From positions 1 to 18,473 of the forward strand of contig JBDRIL010000013.1 of NCBI GenBank assembly GCA_043815885.1: a stretch of 18,473 nucleotides of DNA. The letters run 5' to 3'. The notes below the pieces were generated by a model that saw only the letters and a program-made list of their open reading frames with translations, did not search any database and had not been told where the DNA came from. This document shows positions 1 to 8,461 of this stretch, piece by piece. Source of the DNA: an archaeon. GTDB taxonomy: Archaea; Iainarchaeota; Iainarchaeia; Iainarchaeales; 1-14-0-10-31-34. A program made the translations under genes and the position numbers. How positions within the stretch are numbered: position 1 is the first letter of the stretch; every line of letters starts with the position of its first letter.

Positions 1-2
1 TC

Positions 3-1232
3 GCAATTTACTACATTGCGTTCAAAAAATGGAATGGAAGTAATTGGGTTGATGCGGCGCTTGGACAAGGACGGGTAAGTGGAGTAACTTTAAATGAGGA
101 CAGATACGGTAATGCTTCTCTTGACATTAATTCTGAAGGAATTCCATATATTGCTTGGACGGAATACGTAACTTTCCCTCCTCCATCGACCTGGAATATT
201 GTTTTAAAGAAATGGAATGGAAGTAGTTGGGGGAAGATTCATGAAATAATAGAACCAGAACCTGGAAACTTCGTTGTAGGGCCGGCGAATTTTGCTAGTT
301 CAAAGCCAGTGCTGGTTTTGAATTCGACTGAGCTTGCAGTGGTTGCCTGGGATGTGCTGGAAGGAGGGCAAAAGAATATTGCTTGCAGGTATTTTAATCT
401 TTCTTCATGTAATTTTGTTCCGAATGAGTTTCCGGAAATAAGTATTACTTCTCCTGTTCAGGGAGGGGGGGAATTTAATGCATTAACGCAGACAGTGATT
501 GATTTTGATGCAACGATTACCAATACTCCTGCTTATGAGGACTGCAATTACAGCTGGGATTCAAATATTCAGGGAAATTTATGCACTGGAACTGACTGTA
601 AGAATCCAAGCTGTATAACAAGTCTTTCTACAGGGCATCATGAAATTACCTTGACTGCAACTGATTCAATCGGACAGCCAAGCAGTGAAACAATCATTGG
701 ATTTATTGAACCATACGAAGGACAATCTTTTTCAGTAACTGAATTCAATATAATTAAATTGAATCCTCCCAACATGTTTGCGATTGATGGAAATATTAGA
801 GTGGATGTAAACGTAAGTTATTTTCAGATTGGGAACACGAGCACTACCCTTACCCTGGACTTAAAGGATGCCACTACAAGAAAGAGTATTGATCCATTCC
901 CCATATTCAGAGAAATTAAATTTATTGATGAAGATGTAAATGAATTCTCTGAAATAATTTCTTTTGGGAATATACCGGACTTAAAGGAAACAAGCTACAT
1001 AATAAAGATAAGTATTGCTCCAGGAATGAATGAAGTCACTTTAAGTGATAATGAAGTGAATCAAATAATCAGGATCGGGCCTCCAATCGGAACAATCTAT
1101 ACCACTAGAGCATTCCTTGAACTGCCCTTGTATGCAATTCCAGTAATACTTGGAGTGATATTGGTACTGATTTACAGGAAAAAAATTATTCCAGAGAGAT
1201 TCCTTCCAAAAAGAAAGGAGAAGCCGAAGTAA
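3..1232 (+). CDS. Large cell-surface protein, 5'-truncated at the window edge: beta-propeller-like repeats, Ig/PKD-like and CARDB-like domains, C-terminal TM anchor
   Basis: The frame is open from base 3 (AIYYIAFKKWNGSNW...), so the ORF-track start at 309 is internal. Repeated KKWNGS.W and ...P-L....(I/V)AW-(E/D) motifs. NEFPEISITSP...GHHEITLTATDSIG is Ig/PKD-like; PGMNEVTLSDNE is CARDB-like. Ends in hydrophobic LPLYAIPVILGVILVLIY followed by RKK. Domain names come from motif resemblance only. Confidence 0.7.
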   Translation, partial: AIYYIAFKKWNGSNWVDAALGQGRVSGVTLNEDRYGNASLDINSEGIPYIAWTEYVTFPPPSTWNIVLKKWNGSSWGKIHEIIEPEPGNFVVGPANFASSKPVLVLNSTELAVVAWDVLEGGQKNIACRYFNLSSCNFVPNEFPEISITSPVQGGGEFNALTQTVIDFDATITNTPAYEDCNYSWDSNIQGNLCTGTDCKNPSCITSLSTGHHEITLTATDSIGQPSSETIIGFIEPYEGQSFSVTEFNIIKLNPPNMFAIDGNIRVDVNVSYFQIGNTSTTLTLDLKDATTRKSIDPFPIFREIKFIDEDVNEFSEIISFGNIPDLKETSYIIKISIAPGMNEVTLSDNEVNQIIRIGPPIGTIYTTRAFLELPLYAIPVILGVILVLIYRKKIIPERFLPKRKEKPK

Positions 1233-2424
1233 TCCTTACTTTAATGAATTCACCCAAACGGTTTTCTTTTATTACTACTGGTTTATAGCTGGAAGTTCTT
1301 CCAATAAAGCCTCCTTTAGAGCCTTTCTTTGTCACCAGTATTTCCTCTATTCTTCCAATTAATTTCCTGTTTTTTTTCAATGCAATTTCTTTGTGCAGAG
1401 AGGAAAGGATCCTGCTTCTCTTCTTTTTTTCTCTTCCGTGAAGTTTGCCTTTGAGTTTTAGTGCCTGAGTGAAAGGCCTTTCCCCGTATCTGGAGATATT
1501 GAGGACGTCTGGATTAATTTCTTTTATTGCTTTAATTGTTTTACTGAAATCGGTTTCTGTTTCAGAGGGAAAGCCAACAATTATGTCTGTTGATATGGTC
1601 AACCCAGAAATTTCTTTTCTTAATTCTTTTATTAATGCAAGGAATTCTTCCACTGAATATTTCCTGTTCATTAATTTAAGGATTTTATTGGAGCCTGACT
1701 GCAAGGGGATGTGAAGAAAGCGGTAAATTCTTTTGTCTTTGAATAAGGGAATGAATTCATGCAAAAATTCTTTCAGGTAATGGGGATTCATCATTCCAAT
1801 CCTTATCCTGTAATTTCCTTCTTCTTTCAGTAATTCCTTTAAAAGAGAGGGAAGGCTTTCACCAATATCTTTTCCGTATTGCGAGGTATCCTGTGCAGTA
1901 ATCCATACTTCCTTGGATTCCTTCACTGCCTGAATGAATCTTTGCTTTAATTCTTTTATTGAATGGCTTTTCAGTTTTCCTCTTGCAGTCCTTACAGCGC
2001 AAAAACTGCAGTTGGAGAGGCAGCCCCTGCATATTGGGATAATTGAAGTGAATTCATTGAAAGCTGCTTCAATCAGAGAATTCTCTTTCCTGAATTCAAT
2101 TCCAAGGAATCCAGCTAATTCCTTTAAGTCAGGGGGAATTAATGCAATAGTGGAGGAAATCTGCCTTACTCTTTCTGGATTGATTTTTGCAAGGCAGCCG
2201 AAAACAATTAATTTTGATTTCTTGTTTTTTTCTTTCAAGAGTTCTTTTATTCTTTTAATCATCCTGTTTTCTGTCTGTTCTTTTACTGCACAGGCATTGA
2301 GTATAATGTAATCTGCTTTTTTTAGGGAAGTAAAACAGAAATTATTTTTCAGTAGAATTGACTTAATGGATTCAGAGTCAGCTTTATTCATGCTGCATCC
2401 ATAGGTTTCAATATAGACATTCAT
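1186..2424 (-). CDS. mtaB: Radical-SAM tRNA methylthiotransferase, archaeal MiaB-like (MtaB/e-MtaB, t6A37 methylthiolase)
   Basis: UPF0004 N-terminus (VYIETYGCSMN, NACAVK, FGCL), radical SAM CxxxCxxC (CLSNCSFC), LHIPLQSGS, TDIIVGFPSET, C-terminal TRAM domain (GRTSSYKPV). Overlaps the 3' end of the upstream gene by 47 bp. Confidence 0.9.
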   Translation of the reverse strand: MNVYIETYGCSMNKADSESIKSILLKNNFCFTSLKKADYIILNACAVKEQTENRMIKRIKELLKEKNKKSKLIVFGCLAKINPERVRQISSTIALIPPDLKELAGFLGIEFRKENSLIEAAFNEFTSIIPICRGCLSNCSFCAVRTARGKLKSHSIKELKQRFIQAVKESKEVWITAQDTSQYGKDIGESLPSLLKELLKEEGNYRIRIGMMNPHYLKEFLHEFIPLFKDKRIYRFLHIPLQSGSNKILKLMNRKYSVEEFLALIKELRKEISGLTISTDIIVGFPSETETDFSKTIKAIKEINPDVLNISRYGERPFTQALKLKGKLHGREKKKRSRILSSLHKEIALKKNRKLIGRIEEILVTKKGSKGGFIGRTSSYKPVVIKENRLGEFIKVRITSASPFFLEGISLE

Positions 2425-2443
2425 TTCAACCAGAAAAAAAGTT

Positions 2444-3004
2444 TTATTCTTTTTTTTCGCTACCGCTTTTTTCAGGGGAAGCTTCGCCTCTGAACTTCCA
2501 TTTCTCTGTTATCATGAAGGAAAGCCAGCCAGCAATTCCTGCAAAAACAAATACAAGGAATGCATTTTCAATCAGGTTATTCCAGTAGCATATACTGATT
2601 ACCTGGTGAGTGGAATCTACTGTCAAAAACTGGGTGGAGCCGCTGCAGGCTGGATCGAGGCTTACTGCAGCAGAAACCATTGTCTGTGAATTGCTGGAGA
2701 GAACGGCAAGGTTTCCGTAATACCATCCAATCTGGACGTAAAATGCAGCAAAGCAGAGTATAACAAAGAGCAAAGGAAATACTGGATTGTGGGCGAGATT
2801 TGTTTCAAAGTATTCATTCACCCAATCAATTATTAAGTACATGAAGAAGAATGCAGGGAAAGGGATAAGGAAGAAGAGGTAATTTGCCTGCATCAGGGAA
2901 GTGAATTCCCATTGCTTTAATGGAGTAATGAATGGAAGGAAATAGAGTACTGTGTAGGTAATAATGAATAGAATGATTATTTTTACTGTCTTTTTTTTAT
3001 CCAT
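2444..3004 (-). CDS. Hypothetical polytopic membrane protein (about 4 TM segments)
   Basis: 186 aa ORF with four hydrophobic stretches and a Cys-containing loop; fills the gap between mtaB and rfcS. Confidence 0.7.
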   Translation of the reverse strand: MDKKKTVKIIILFIITYTVLYFLPFITPLKQWEFTSLMQANYLFFLIPFPAFFFMYLIIDWVNEYFETNLAHNPVFPLLFVILCFAAFYVQIGWYYGNLAVLSSNSQTMVSAAVSLDPACSGSTQFLTVDSTHQVISICYWNNLIENAFLVFVFAGIAGWLSFMITEKWKFRGEASPEKSGSEKKE

Positions 3005-3092
3005 TCAAAATATTCCTTCTATGTATAAAAGTATTAATACCTTTATTCGTTCACAATTAATTTAAAACAATTGCTTTCAATAGATTTATTGA

Positions 3093-4055
3093 ATGAATGA
3101 AGGAATGCCCTGGGTAGAGAAGTACCGCCCTCAAAGATTAAATGAAGTAGTGGGACAGGAAGAAATAGTGAAGAGACTGCAATCATACGTGAAAAACAGG
3201 AATTCAACCAATCTTTTATTCAGCGGTCCTGCAGGAATCGGAAAGACTTCTTGTGCTGTTGCAATGGCAAAGGAATTATTTGGAAAAAGCTTTGAGAGAA
3301 ATTTCCTGGAACTGAATGCATCTGATGCAAGAGGGATAGATGTAGTGAGAAACACAATCAAGGATTTTGCCAGGACAATGGCCTTTGATGCTGATTTCAA
3401 GATTATTTTTTTGGATGAAGCTGATGCATTGACTGCTGACGCGCAGCAGGCACTCAGAAGGACAATGGAGAAATACACCAAGACATGCAGGTTTGTTTTG
3501 TCTGTCAACTATTCTTCCCGTATCATTGAACCATTGCAGTCAAGGTGTGTTGTGTCAAGGTTCAAGCCACTCAGTGCAAAGGAGATGGAGGGAAAACTGA
3601 AGGCAATTGAAAAAACCGAGTCATTGAAGCTGGATGCAGATGCATTAAAGGCATTAATTTATGTTTCTCAGGGTGATTTGAGGAAGGCAATAAATATACT
3701 GCAGGCAGCTTCTTCTCTTGGAAGGGAAATAAAGGAAGGGAATATCTTTAATGTGAGCAGCAGGGCAAAACCAGCAGAAATAAATGAATTAATTAAGCTT
3801 TCATTGAATAAAAAATTCCTGGAGGCAAGGGAAAAGCTTGATGTATTAATGTATGAGTATGGAATGAGTGCAGAGGACATAATACTTCAGCTTTACAGGG
3901 AATTAATTGAAATGCCCGAAAAAGAGCTTTCCTCGAAAAAAAAGATTGAATTAATTGATGTTATTGGAGAGTATAATTTCAGGATAGTTGAGGGCGCGAA
4001 TGAAAGGATTCAGTTAGAGGCATTGATTGCCCAATTCATGAAATTCAGGGAATAA
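3093..4055 (+). CDS. rfcS: Replication factor C small subunit (clamp loader)
   Basis: PWVEKYRP, Walker A GPAGIGKT, LELNASDARGIDVVR, Walker B FLDEADALT, AQQALRRTME, SRC motif (QSRC), GDLRKAINILQ. No intein. Confidence 0.96.
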   Translation: MNEGMPWVEKYRPQRLNEVVGQEEIVKRLQSYVKNRNSTNLLFSGPAGIGKTSCAVAMAKELFGKSFERNFLELNASDARGIDVVRNTIKDFARTMAFDADFKIIFLDEADALTADAQQALRRTMEKYTKTCRFVLSVNYSSRIIEPLQSRCVVSRFKPLSAKEMEGKLKAIEKTESLKLDADALKALIYVSQGDLRKAINILQAASSLGREIKEGNIFNVSSRAKPAEINELIKLSLNKKFLEAREKLDVLMYEYGMSAEDIILQLYRELIEMPEKELSSKKKIELIDVIGEYNFRIVEGANERIQLEALIAQFMKFRE

Positions 4056-4115
4056 AGCCCTTTTTTACTTTATAATTTATATATTAGTTTGAACAAGTAT
4101 CTTATTTGGTTTTCA

Positions 4116-4580
4116 ATGGCTAACCTTATTGCAACAATAAGCGGTTTTATTGTTCCCGGAATAGGGCAAATGCTTAACAGGCAGCTCCTTCACGGAGGAG
4201 TAATACTGATTTTTTTGATTATTTCTATTATCCTGGCTTTTATGCTGCTTAATCTTCCCTGGTATGGGCTTGCAGTAATCTATCTAGTATTCTCAGCATA
4301 TTCCGCAATAGATGCATGGATTTATTCTCCAAGAAAAGACGAAATAGAGGACAAAAAATTAATGGAATTCGAGGAAATGCAGAAAAACATGGAAAAAAAG
4401 GAAGCAAGAGAAAAAGAAAATTTAAAAGACAAACTAAAGATGTCCCTGGTGAACAGATACGGCCAGGGAAACTATGAAATAACTCAATTAACAAAAAAAG
4501 GGGATAAATGGAGAGCAGAAATAAAAGTCAACGAAAAACACTTCGAAGTAAATGTCTCCAACGAAGGAATACTGCTCTGA
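4116..4580 (+). CDS. Hypothetical membrane protein (N-terminal S..VPGIGQ TM module; C-terminal PepSY-like beta segment)
   Basis: The ORF track starts at TTG 4089; the in-frame ATG at 4116 is preferred. GFIVPGIGQ followed by two TM helices ending SAIDAW, then a charged linker and YEITQL...WRAEIKV...FEVNVS.EG. Confidence 0.6.
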   Translation: MANLIATISGFIVPGIGQMLNRQLLHGGVILIFLIISIILAFMLLNLPWYGLAVIYLVFSAYSAIDAWIYSPRKDEIEDKKLMEFEEMQKNMEKKEAREKENLKDKLKMSLVNRYGQGNYEITQLTKKGDKWRAEIKVNEKHFEVNVSNEGILL

Positions 4581-4588
4581 TTCAGTGA

Positions 4589-4975
4589 TTATTTCTTTAC
4601 CGCCCAACGGCATTTTCCTTCCAAGCAAGCACACTCAGCTGTTGGTCCAACTGAATCACAAACCGAGCCTCCAAGAAATTCTTTTGAAGCACATATCTCT
4701 CCGCCACATCCTGATGCCACACAGTCTTCATTGAATTCACATTCTCCGTCTTTTTCTGGCCATTCATATCTTGCGTACAGCCCTGTACCATTTCTACCAC
4801 AACTTGAACCAGGACATTGGAAGTCTGGGTCTATGCTTGTATCATCTTCATTAAAAAAATAAGTGTAATCTTCAATTTTTGCAATAGTTCCCTTCTTTTC
4901 TTCAGGCGGTTGAGTGCATCCACTAAATAAAATCATTCCAGCCAAAAAAATCAATATAATTAATTTTGAATTCAT
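4589..4975 (-). CDS. Lipoprotein with C-terminal eight-cysteine cluster domain
   Basis: Signal peptide with lipobox LFSG|C. C-terminus CEFNEDCVASGCGGEICASKEFLGGSVCDSVGPTAECACLEGKCRW contains 8 Cys and resembles the archaeal heavy-Cys/eight-cysteine-cluster domain. An extra CPGSSC pair lies upstream. Confidence 0.7.
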   Translation of the reverse strand: MNSKLIILIFLAGMILFSGCTQPPEEKKGTIAKIEDYTYFFNEDDTSIDPDFQCPGSSCGRNGTGLYARYEWPEKDGECEFNEDCVASGCGGEICASKEFLGGSVCDSVGPTAECACLEGKCRWAVKK

Positions 4976-5028
4976 TCTTACAATAAAACTCCTTTCTGAT
5001 TAATAAATTTAACTTAGAAAAATTGATT

Positions 5029-6266
5029 TTAGGAGAAATCCGTGATTTTTTTCTGGTGTTTTAAGGAATCAAGTAGTTTGGAGTTTTTTTCGTAGTTTTT
5101 GAGCGGGATAGTTAATTTTAATTCAAGGAATCTTAGAGCGAGATTTAATTCACTGAATATTAATGGTTTTTTCTTTAATGCATTCCGCATGTTTTCCCTT
5201 ATTACCCACACTCCTAATGGAATGGAGTAATCCTTTCCTATTTCCCTGAATACTATTGCTGTTGCCTGGCGTCTTTCTTTTTCAAGGTATTCCGCTACCG
5301 CCAGTCTTGCAGCATAGTATGCTCCTGCTACCTTGTCTGCATATATTCTTTTCTTCCCTTAAAGAATTCGTGGTCAGCAATAATATTGGGTTCTTTTTCT
5401 TCGAGTGTCCAGCTGCTTCCGGGCTTCCATGCTTCAAGCTGTTCAAAAGACCATTCTCCCGGAATCAATAAAACAAAGAAATGGTTGTCAAGGAAAGAGG
5501 AAGTGAAGAGCTGAATGGAAGAGAGTTCCTTAAATGACTTGATTTTTTTAATTAATTCAATGGATAGCTGTGAATCAATTGCAGTTATCGCCCATCTTGT
5601 GGGAGTGAGTTTTCTTTTTCTTTTTACTCCAAGAAGGCCTCCTGAAAGCAGTTTGTAAAGGAAATGAACCGGAAAGTTTTCTTTGTATAATTCCTTTACT
5701 CCTTCTATTGCCTTTAAGTCAGTGTCTCCGACAATGTAATCCACTTTTCTCTCTATGTGAGGGTTCTCTTCCAGAGAGAATTTCTTTAATGGAGCTATTG
5801 GACCTAAAGGGGCTGAAAAGGAATCAAACGAGAGCCTTGGAATTGGTTTTTTCTTTAATTCAATTCCTACTTCCACTGGCTTAATGCTCATAGTCATTTC
5901 CTGTATTTCTGAAAGTAGTCTTGAAGGATTGGATGCAGAGGACACATCAAATGATTTCCTGCTGCTGATTAATTGTTCCCTGAAAGAAATAATTTTTCCT
6001 TCATCCAATCCAAACCATTTCTCTGGATTGTCCAGTAAAGCGGCATTTGAATTAATTACTGGAGAGGAAAGCGGAGCAAGAGAAACATTAGGGTAATTCG
6101 TCCAGGAAACAAATAAAGAGGGAGGACTGCTTCCGGAAAAAGAAGTTCCTTTCAGGTTGCTTGTGACTTTTTTTATGTTATTGTATCTCTCCAGTACCTT
6201 GCATTTCTTTAACCCGCATAAAAGCCTTCCCTTGCAGTAAAGGCAATTCACTCCGTTTACAATCAT
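5029..6266 (-). pseudogene. nreA: Nre-family (NreA) PCNA-interacting DNA repair protein, frameshifted near 5341-5346
   Basis: N-terminal Zn finger CLYCKGRLLCGLKKC, GSSPPSLFV..YP, RKLTPTRWAITAID. ORF 5328-6266 stops at GRKEYMQTR*. Removing one AT from the minus-strand GAA-TATAT-GCA restores EYADKVAGAYYAARLAVAEYLEKERRQATAIVFREIGKDYSIPLGVWVIRE...QKKITDFS* with a terminal PIP box (411 aa). Confidence 0.85.
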
Positions 6267-6334
6267 AAATAAGGAAAAATAAAAAGCGTTTTAATAACTT
6301 GCGTTAAAGAATAAAATAAATGGATTGATTGGAT

Positions 6335-8233
6335 ATGGCTGACATTGAAATTACTTTTCCAAATGGAGAGAAGAAGAAATTCAAGAAGGGAGTAAAGGCT
6401 GAAGAGATAGCTAAGAAAATGAAGAAGGAAGCGATTGCTGTAAAAGTGAATGGAGAAGCAAGGGATTTAGGGAGAAAGATTGAGGAGAATGCAGGGATTG
6501 AATTCATTGAAATGGGTTCAGAGGATGGATTGGATGTAGTGAGGCATTCTGCTTCTCATGTAATGGCTGAGGCAGTAAAGGAATTATGGAAGGAAGTGAA
6601 GTTAGGAATCGGTCCTACTATAGAGGAAGGATTTTATTATGATTTTTTGAAGGAAGAGCCTTTCACTGAAAAGGATTTAAAGAAGATTGAAGAGAAAATG
6701 AGGGAAATAATTAAGAAGAACGAGAAATTCAAGAGAAAGGAAGTAAAGAATGAAGAAGCAATCAAGTTGTTTGAGAAAATGGGGGAGAAATATAAGGTTG
6801 AATTACTGAATGAAATGCAGGATGAAACTGTTTCAATTTATGAGAGCGGAAAGCTGATTGATTTGTGCAGGGGGCCTCATGTTCCTAGTACTAAATATAT
6901 TAAGGCATTCAAGCTGTTGAAGGTGGCTGGAGCATACTGGAAGGGAAATGAAGAAAATGAAATGCTTCAAAGGATTTACGGAACTGCTTTTGGTTCGGAA
7001 AAGGAAATGAATGACTTCCTTAAGTTTAGAGAGGAAGCAGAGAAAAGGGATCACAGAAAGATTGGAAAGGAATTGGAGTTATTTTCTTTTAATGAATTGA
7101 TTGGGGCAGGGTTGGCTTTATTTCATCCAAAGGGGGCGATTCTTAGAACAGTAATTGAGGATTTTTTGAGGAAGGAGCACTGGAAGAGAGGCTATGTTCC
7201 GGTATTCATTCCTCATTTATTTAAGGCTGAAACATGGAAGAAGTCGGGGCATTATGATTACTATAAAGAGAACATGTATTTTTTGGAGATAGATGGGCAG
7301 GAGTATGGAGTTAAGCCAATGAATTGTCCTGGGCATTTAATGATTTATAATTCAAGGCAGCATTCCTACAAAGAGTATCCAATAAAGTATTTTGAGTTGG
7401 GGACAGTGTACAGGTATGAAAAGAGCGGGGTGCTTGGAGGATTGTTCAGGGTGAGAGGTTTTACGCAGGATGACGCGCATATTTTCTGCACGCCAGAACA
7501 GTTAAAGGATGAATTGAAGAAGGTAATTGAGTTTGCTTTGGATATGATGAAGACTTTTGGGTTTGAGTACTCAATAAAGTTAAGCACGCGCCCGGAAAAA
7601 AGAATTGGAAGCGACGAGCAATGGGATAAGGCAGAGCAGGCATTAAAGGATGCACTGGAAGAATTGAAATTGGGTTATGAATTGGATGAAGGAGAAGGAG
7701 TATTCTATGGGCCAAAGATTGATGTTAAGATGAAGGATGCTATTGGAAGGGAATGGCAGGGCCCTACAATTCAAGTTGACTTTAATTTGCCTGAAAGGTT
7801 TGATGTTAATTATATTGGTGCTGACAGCAAGAAGCACAGGGCAATACTGATTCACAGGACTGTTCTTGGCTCCATGGAGAGATTTATTGGGGTTCTTATA
7901 GAGCATTACGCTGGAAAGTTTCCTTTATGGCTTAGTCCAATACAGGCAGTAGTGATAAGTATCAGTGAGAAATCAAATGAATATGCCGGGAAAGTGAATG
8001 AAGAATTAATGAAGGAAGAATTCAGGAGCAGTTTGGATGTAAGAAGCGAGACTGTTTCCTATAAGGTTAGGGATGCAGAAATGCATAAGATTCCATTCAT
8101 CTTGAATGTAGGGGAAAGAGAAGAAAAAAGCAGTACTGTTGCTGTAAGGGACAGAAGCAAAAAGGTCAGAATGAATGTAAAGCTGGAAGAACTGATTAAG
8201 GAAATGAATGAATTAATGAAAGATAAAAAATAA
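6335..8233 (+). CDS. thrS: Threonine--tRNA ligase, bacterial-type architecture (TGS + N2 editing + class II catalytic + anticodon domain)
   Basis: ITFPNG N-terminus, RHSASHVMAEAV, GFYYDF, DLCRGPHV, AGAYWKG, RDHRKIG, KPMNCPGH, RVRGFTQDDAH, FYGPKID, GSMERFIG. ATG 6335 is preferred over TTG 6329. Confidence 0.97.
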   Translation: MADIEITFPNGEKKKFKKGVKAEEIAKKMKKEAIAVKVNGEARDLGRKIEENAGIEFIEMGSEDGLDVVRHSASHVMAEAVKELWKEVKLGIGPTIEEGFYYDFLKEEPFTEKDLKKIEEKMREIIKKNEKFKRKEVKNEEAIKLFEKMGEKYKVELLNEMQDETVSIYESGKLIDLCRGPHVPSTKYIKAFKLLKVAGAYWKGNEENEMLQRIYGTAFGSEKEMNDFLKFREEAEKRDHRKIGKELELFSFNELIGAGLALFHPKGAILRTVIEDFLRKEHWKRGYVPVFIPHLFKAETWKKSGHYDYYKENMYFLEIDGQEYGVKPMNCPGHLMIYNSRQHSYKEYPIKYFELGTVYRYEKSGVLGGLFRVRGFTQDDAHIFCTPEQLKDELKKVIEFALDMMKTFGFEYSIKLSTRPEKRIGSDEQWDKAEQALKDALEELKLGYELDEGEGVFYGPKIDVKMKDAIGREWQGPTIQVDFNLPERFDVNYIGADSKKHRAILIHRTVLGSMERFIGVLIEHYAGKFPLWLSPIQAVVISISEKSNEYAGKVNEELMKEEFRSSLDVRSETVSYKVRDAEMHKIPFILNVGEREEKSSTVAVRDRSKKVRMNVKLEELIKEMNELMKDKK

Positions 8234-8248
8234 TTCTTTATCTGATTC

Positions 8249-8367
8249 TTTTTTATTGTATGCCGAAGACATACACTGTTTTTTTGATAAAACTCCCAAT
8301 TTGAGTATAACTCAAATGGGCCCCTTTGAATCTTTGGATTCAACTAGGGTTTCCTAAAAGTTTTTTA
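8249..8367. repeat. Left copy of a 119-bp structured inverted repeat (partner at 14039-14157)
   Basis: Ungapped match to the reverse complement of 14039-14157 at 112/119 positions, with 62 bp exact (8271-8332). Contains hairpins tgtatg/cataca, ccca(a)tttgagt/actcaaatggg and ttgaatc/gattcaa. Confidence 0.95.
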
Positions 8368-8403
8368 CTGTTTTTTTGATAAAACTTTTCCTAAAAGTTT
8401 TTT
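8367..8403. repeat. Tandem core-less copy of the repeat (8275-8294 joined directly to 8350-8366)
   Basis: actgtttttttgataaaact (20 bp, = 8275-8294) is immediately followed by tttcctaaaagtttttt (17 bp, = 8350-8366). The 55-bp core 8295-8349 is absent. Confidence 0.9.
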
Positions 8404-8413
8404 TAGGTAAATT

Positions 8414-8432
8414 AAAAAGATAGATTTATATA
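8414..8432 (+). promoter_or_regulatory. Putative archaeal BRE/TATA promoter of the pilus ATPase operon
   Basis: A purine-rich tract followed by TTTATATA (8425-8432), about 30 nt upstream of ATG 8462. The AT-rich background weakens the call. Confidence 0.5.
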
Positions 8433-8461
8433 ATTAAAAGTAATTCTTTAATAGGATATTT

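Noticed and set aside
3093..4055. Intein in RFC small subunit (a known hotspot)
   Set aside because: The protein is 320 aa and all motifs are contiguous; there is no insertion.
5029..5211. Independent 60-aa gene MWVIRE...QKKITDFS
   Set aside because: It is the C-terminus of the frameshifted nreA; the same frame extends upstream to about 5346.
8300..8327. Xer/dif site or ORB origin box within the inverted repeat
   Set aside because: tttgagtataa resembles a dif left arm, but no TTAT-starting right arm follows a 6-bp spacer. There is no ORB consensus and no cdc6/orc1 gene nearby.
8059..8343. ORFs overlapping the inverted repeats (8059-8343 minus; also 14049-14267 minus)
   Set aside because: They are antisense to thrS or the pilin start and run through non-coding palindromic DNA, with no recognisable protein features.
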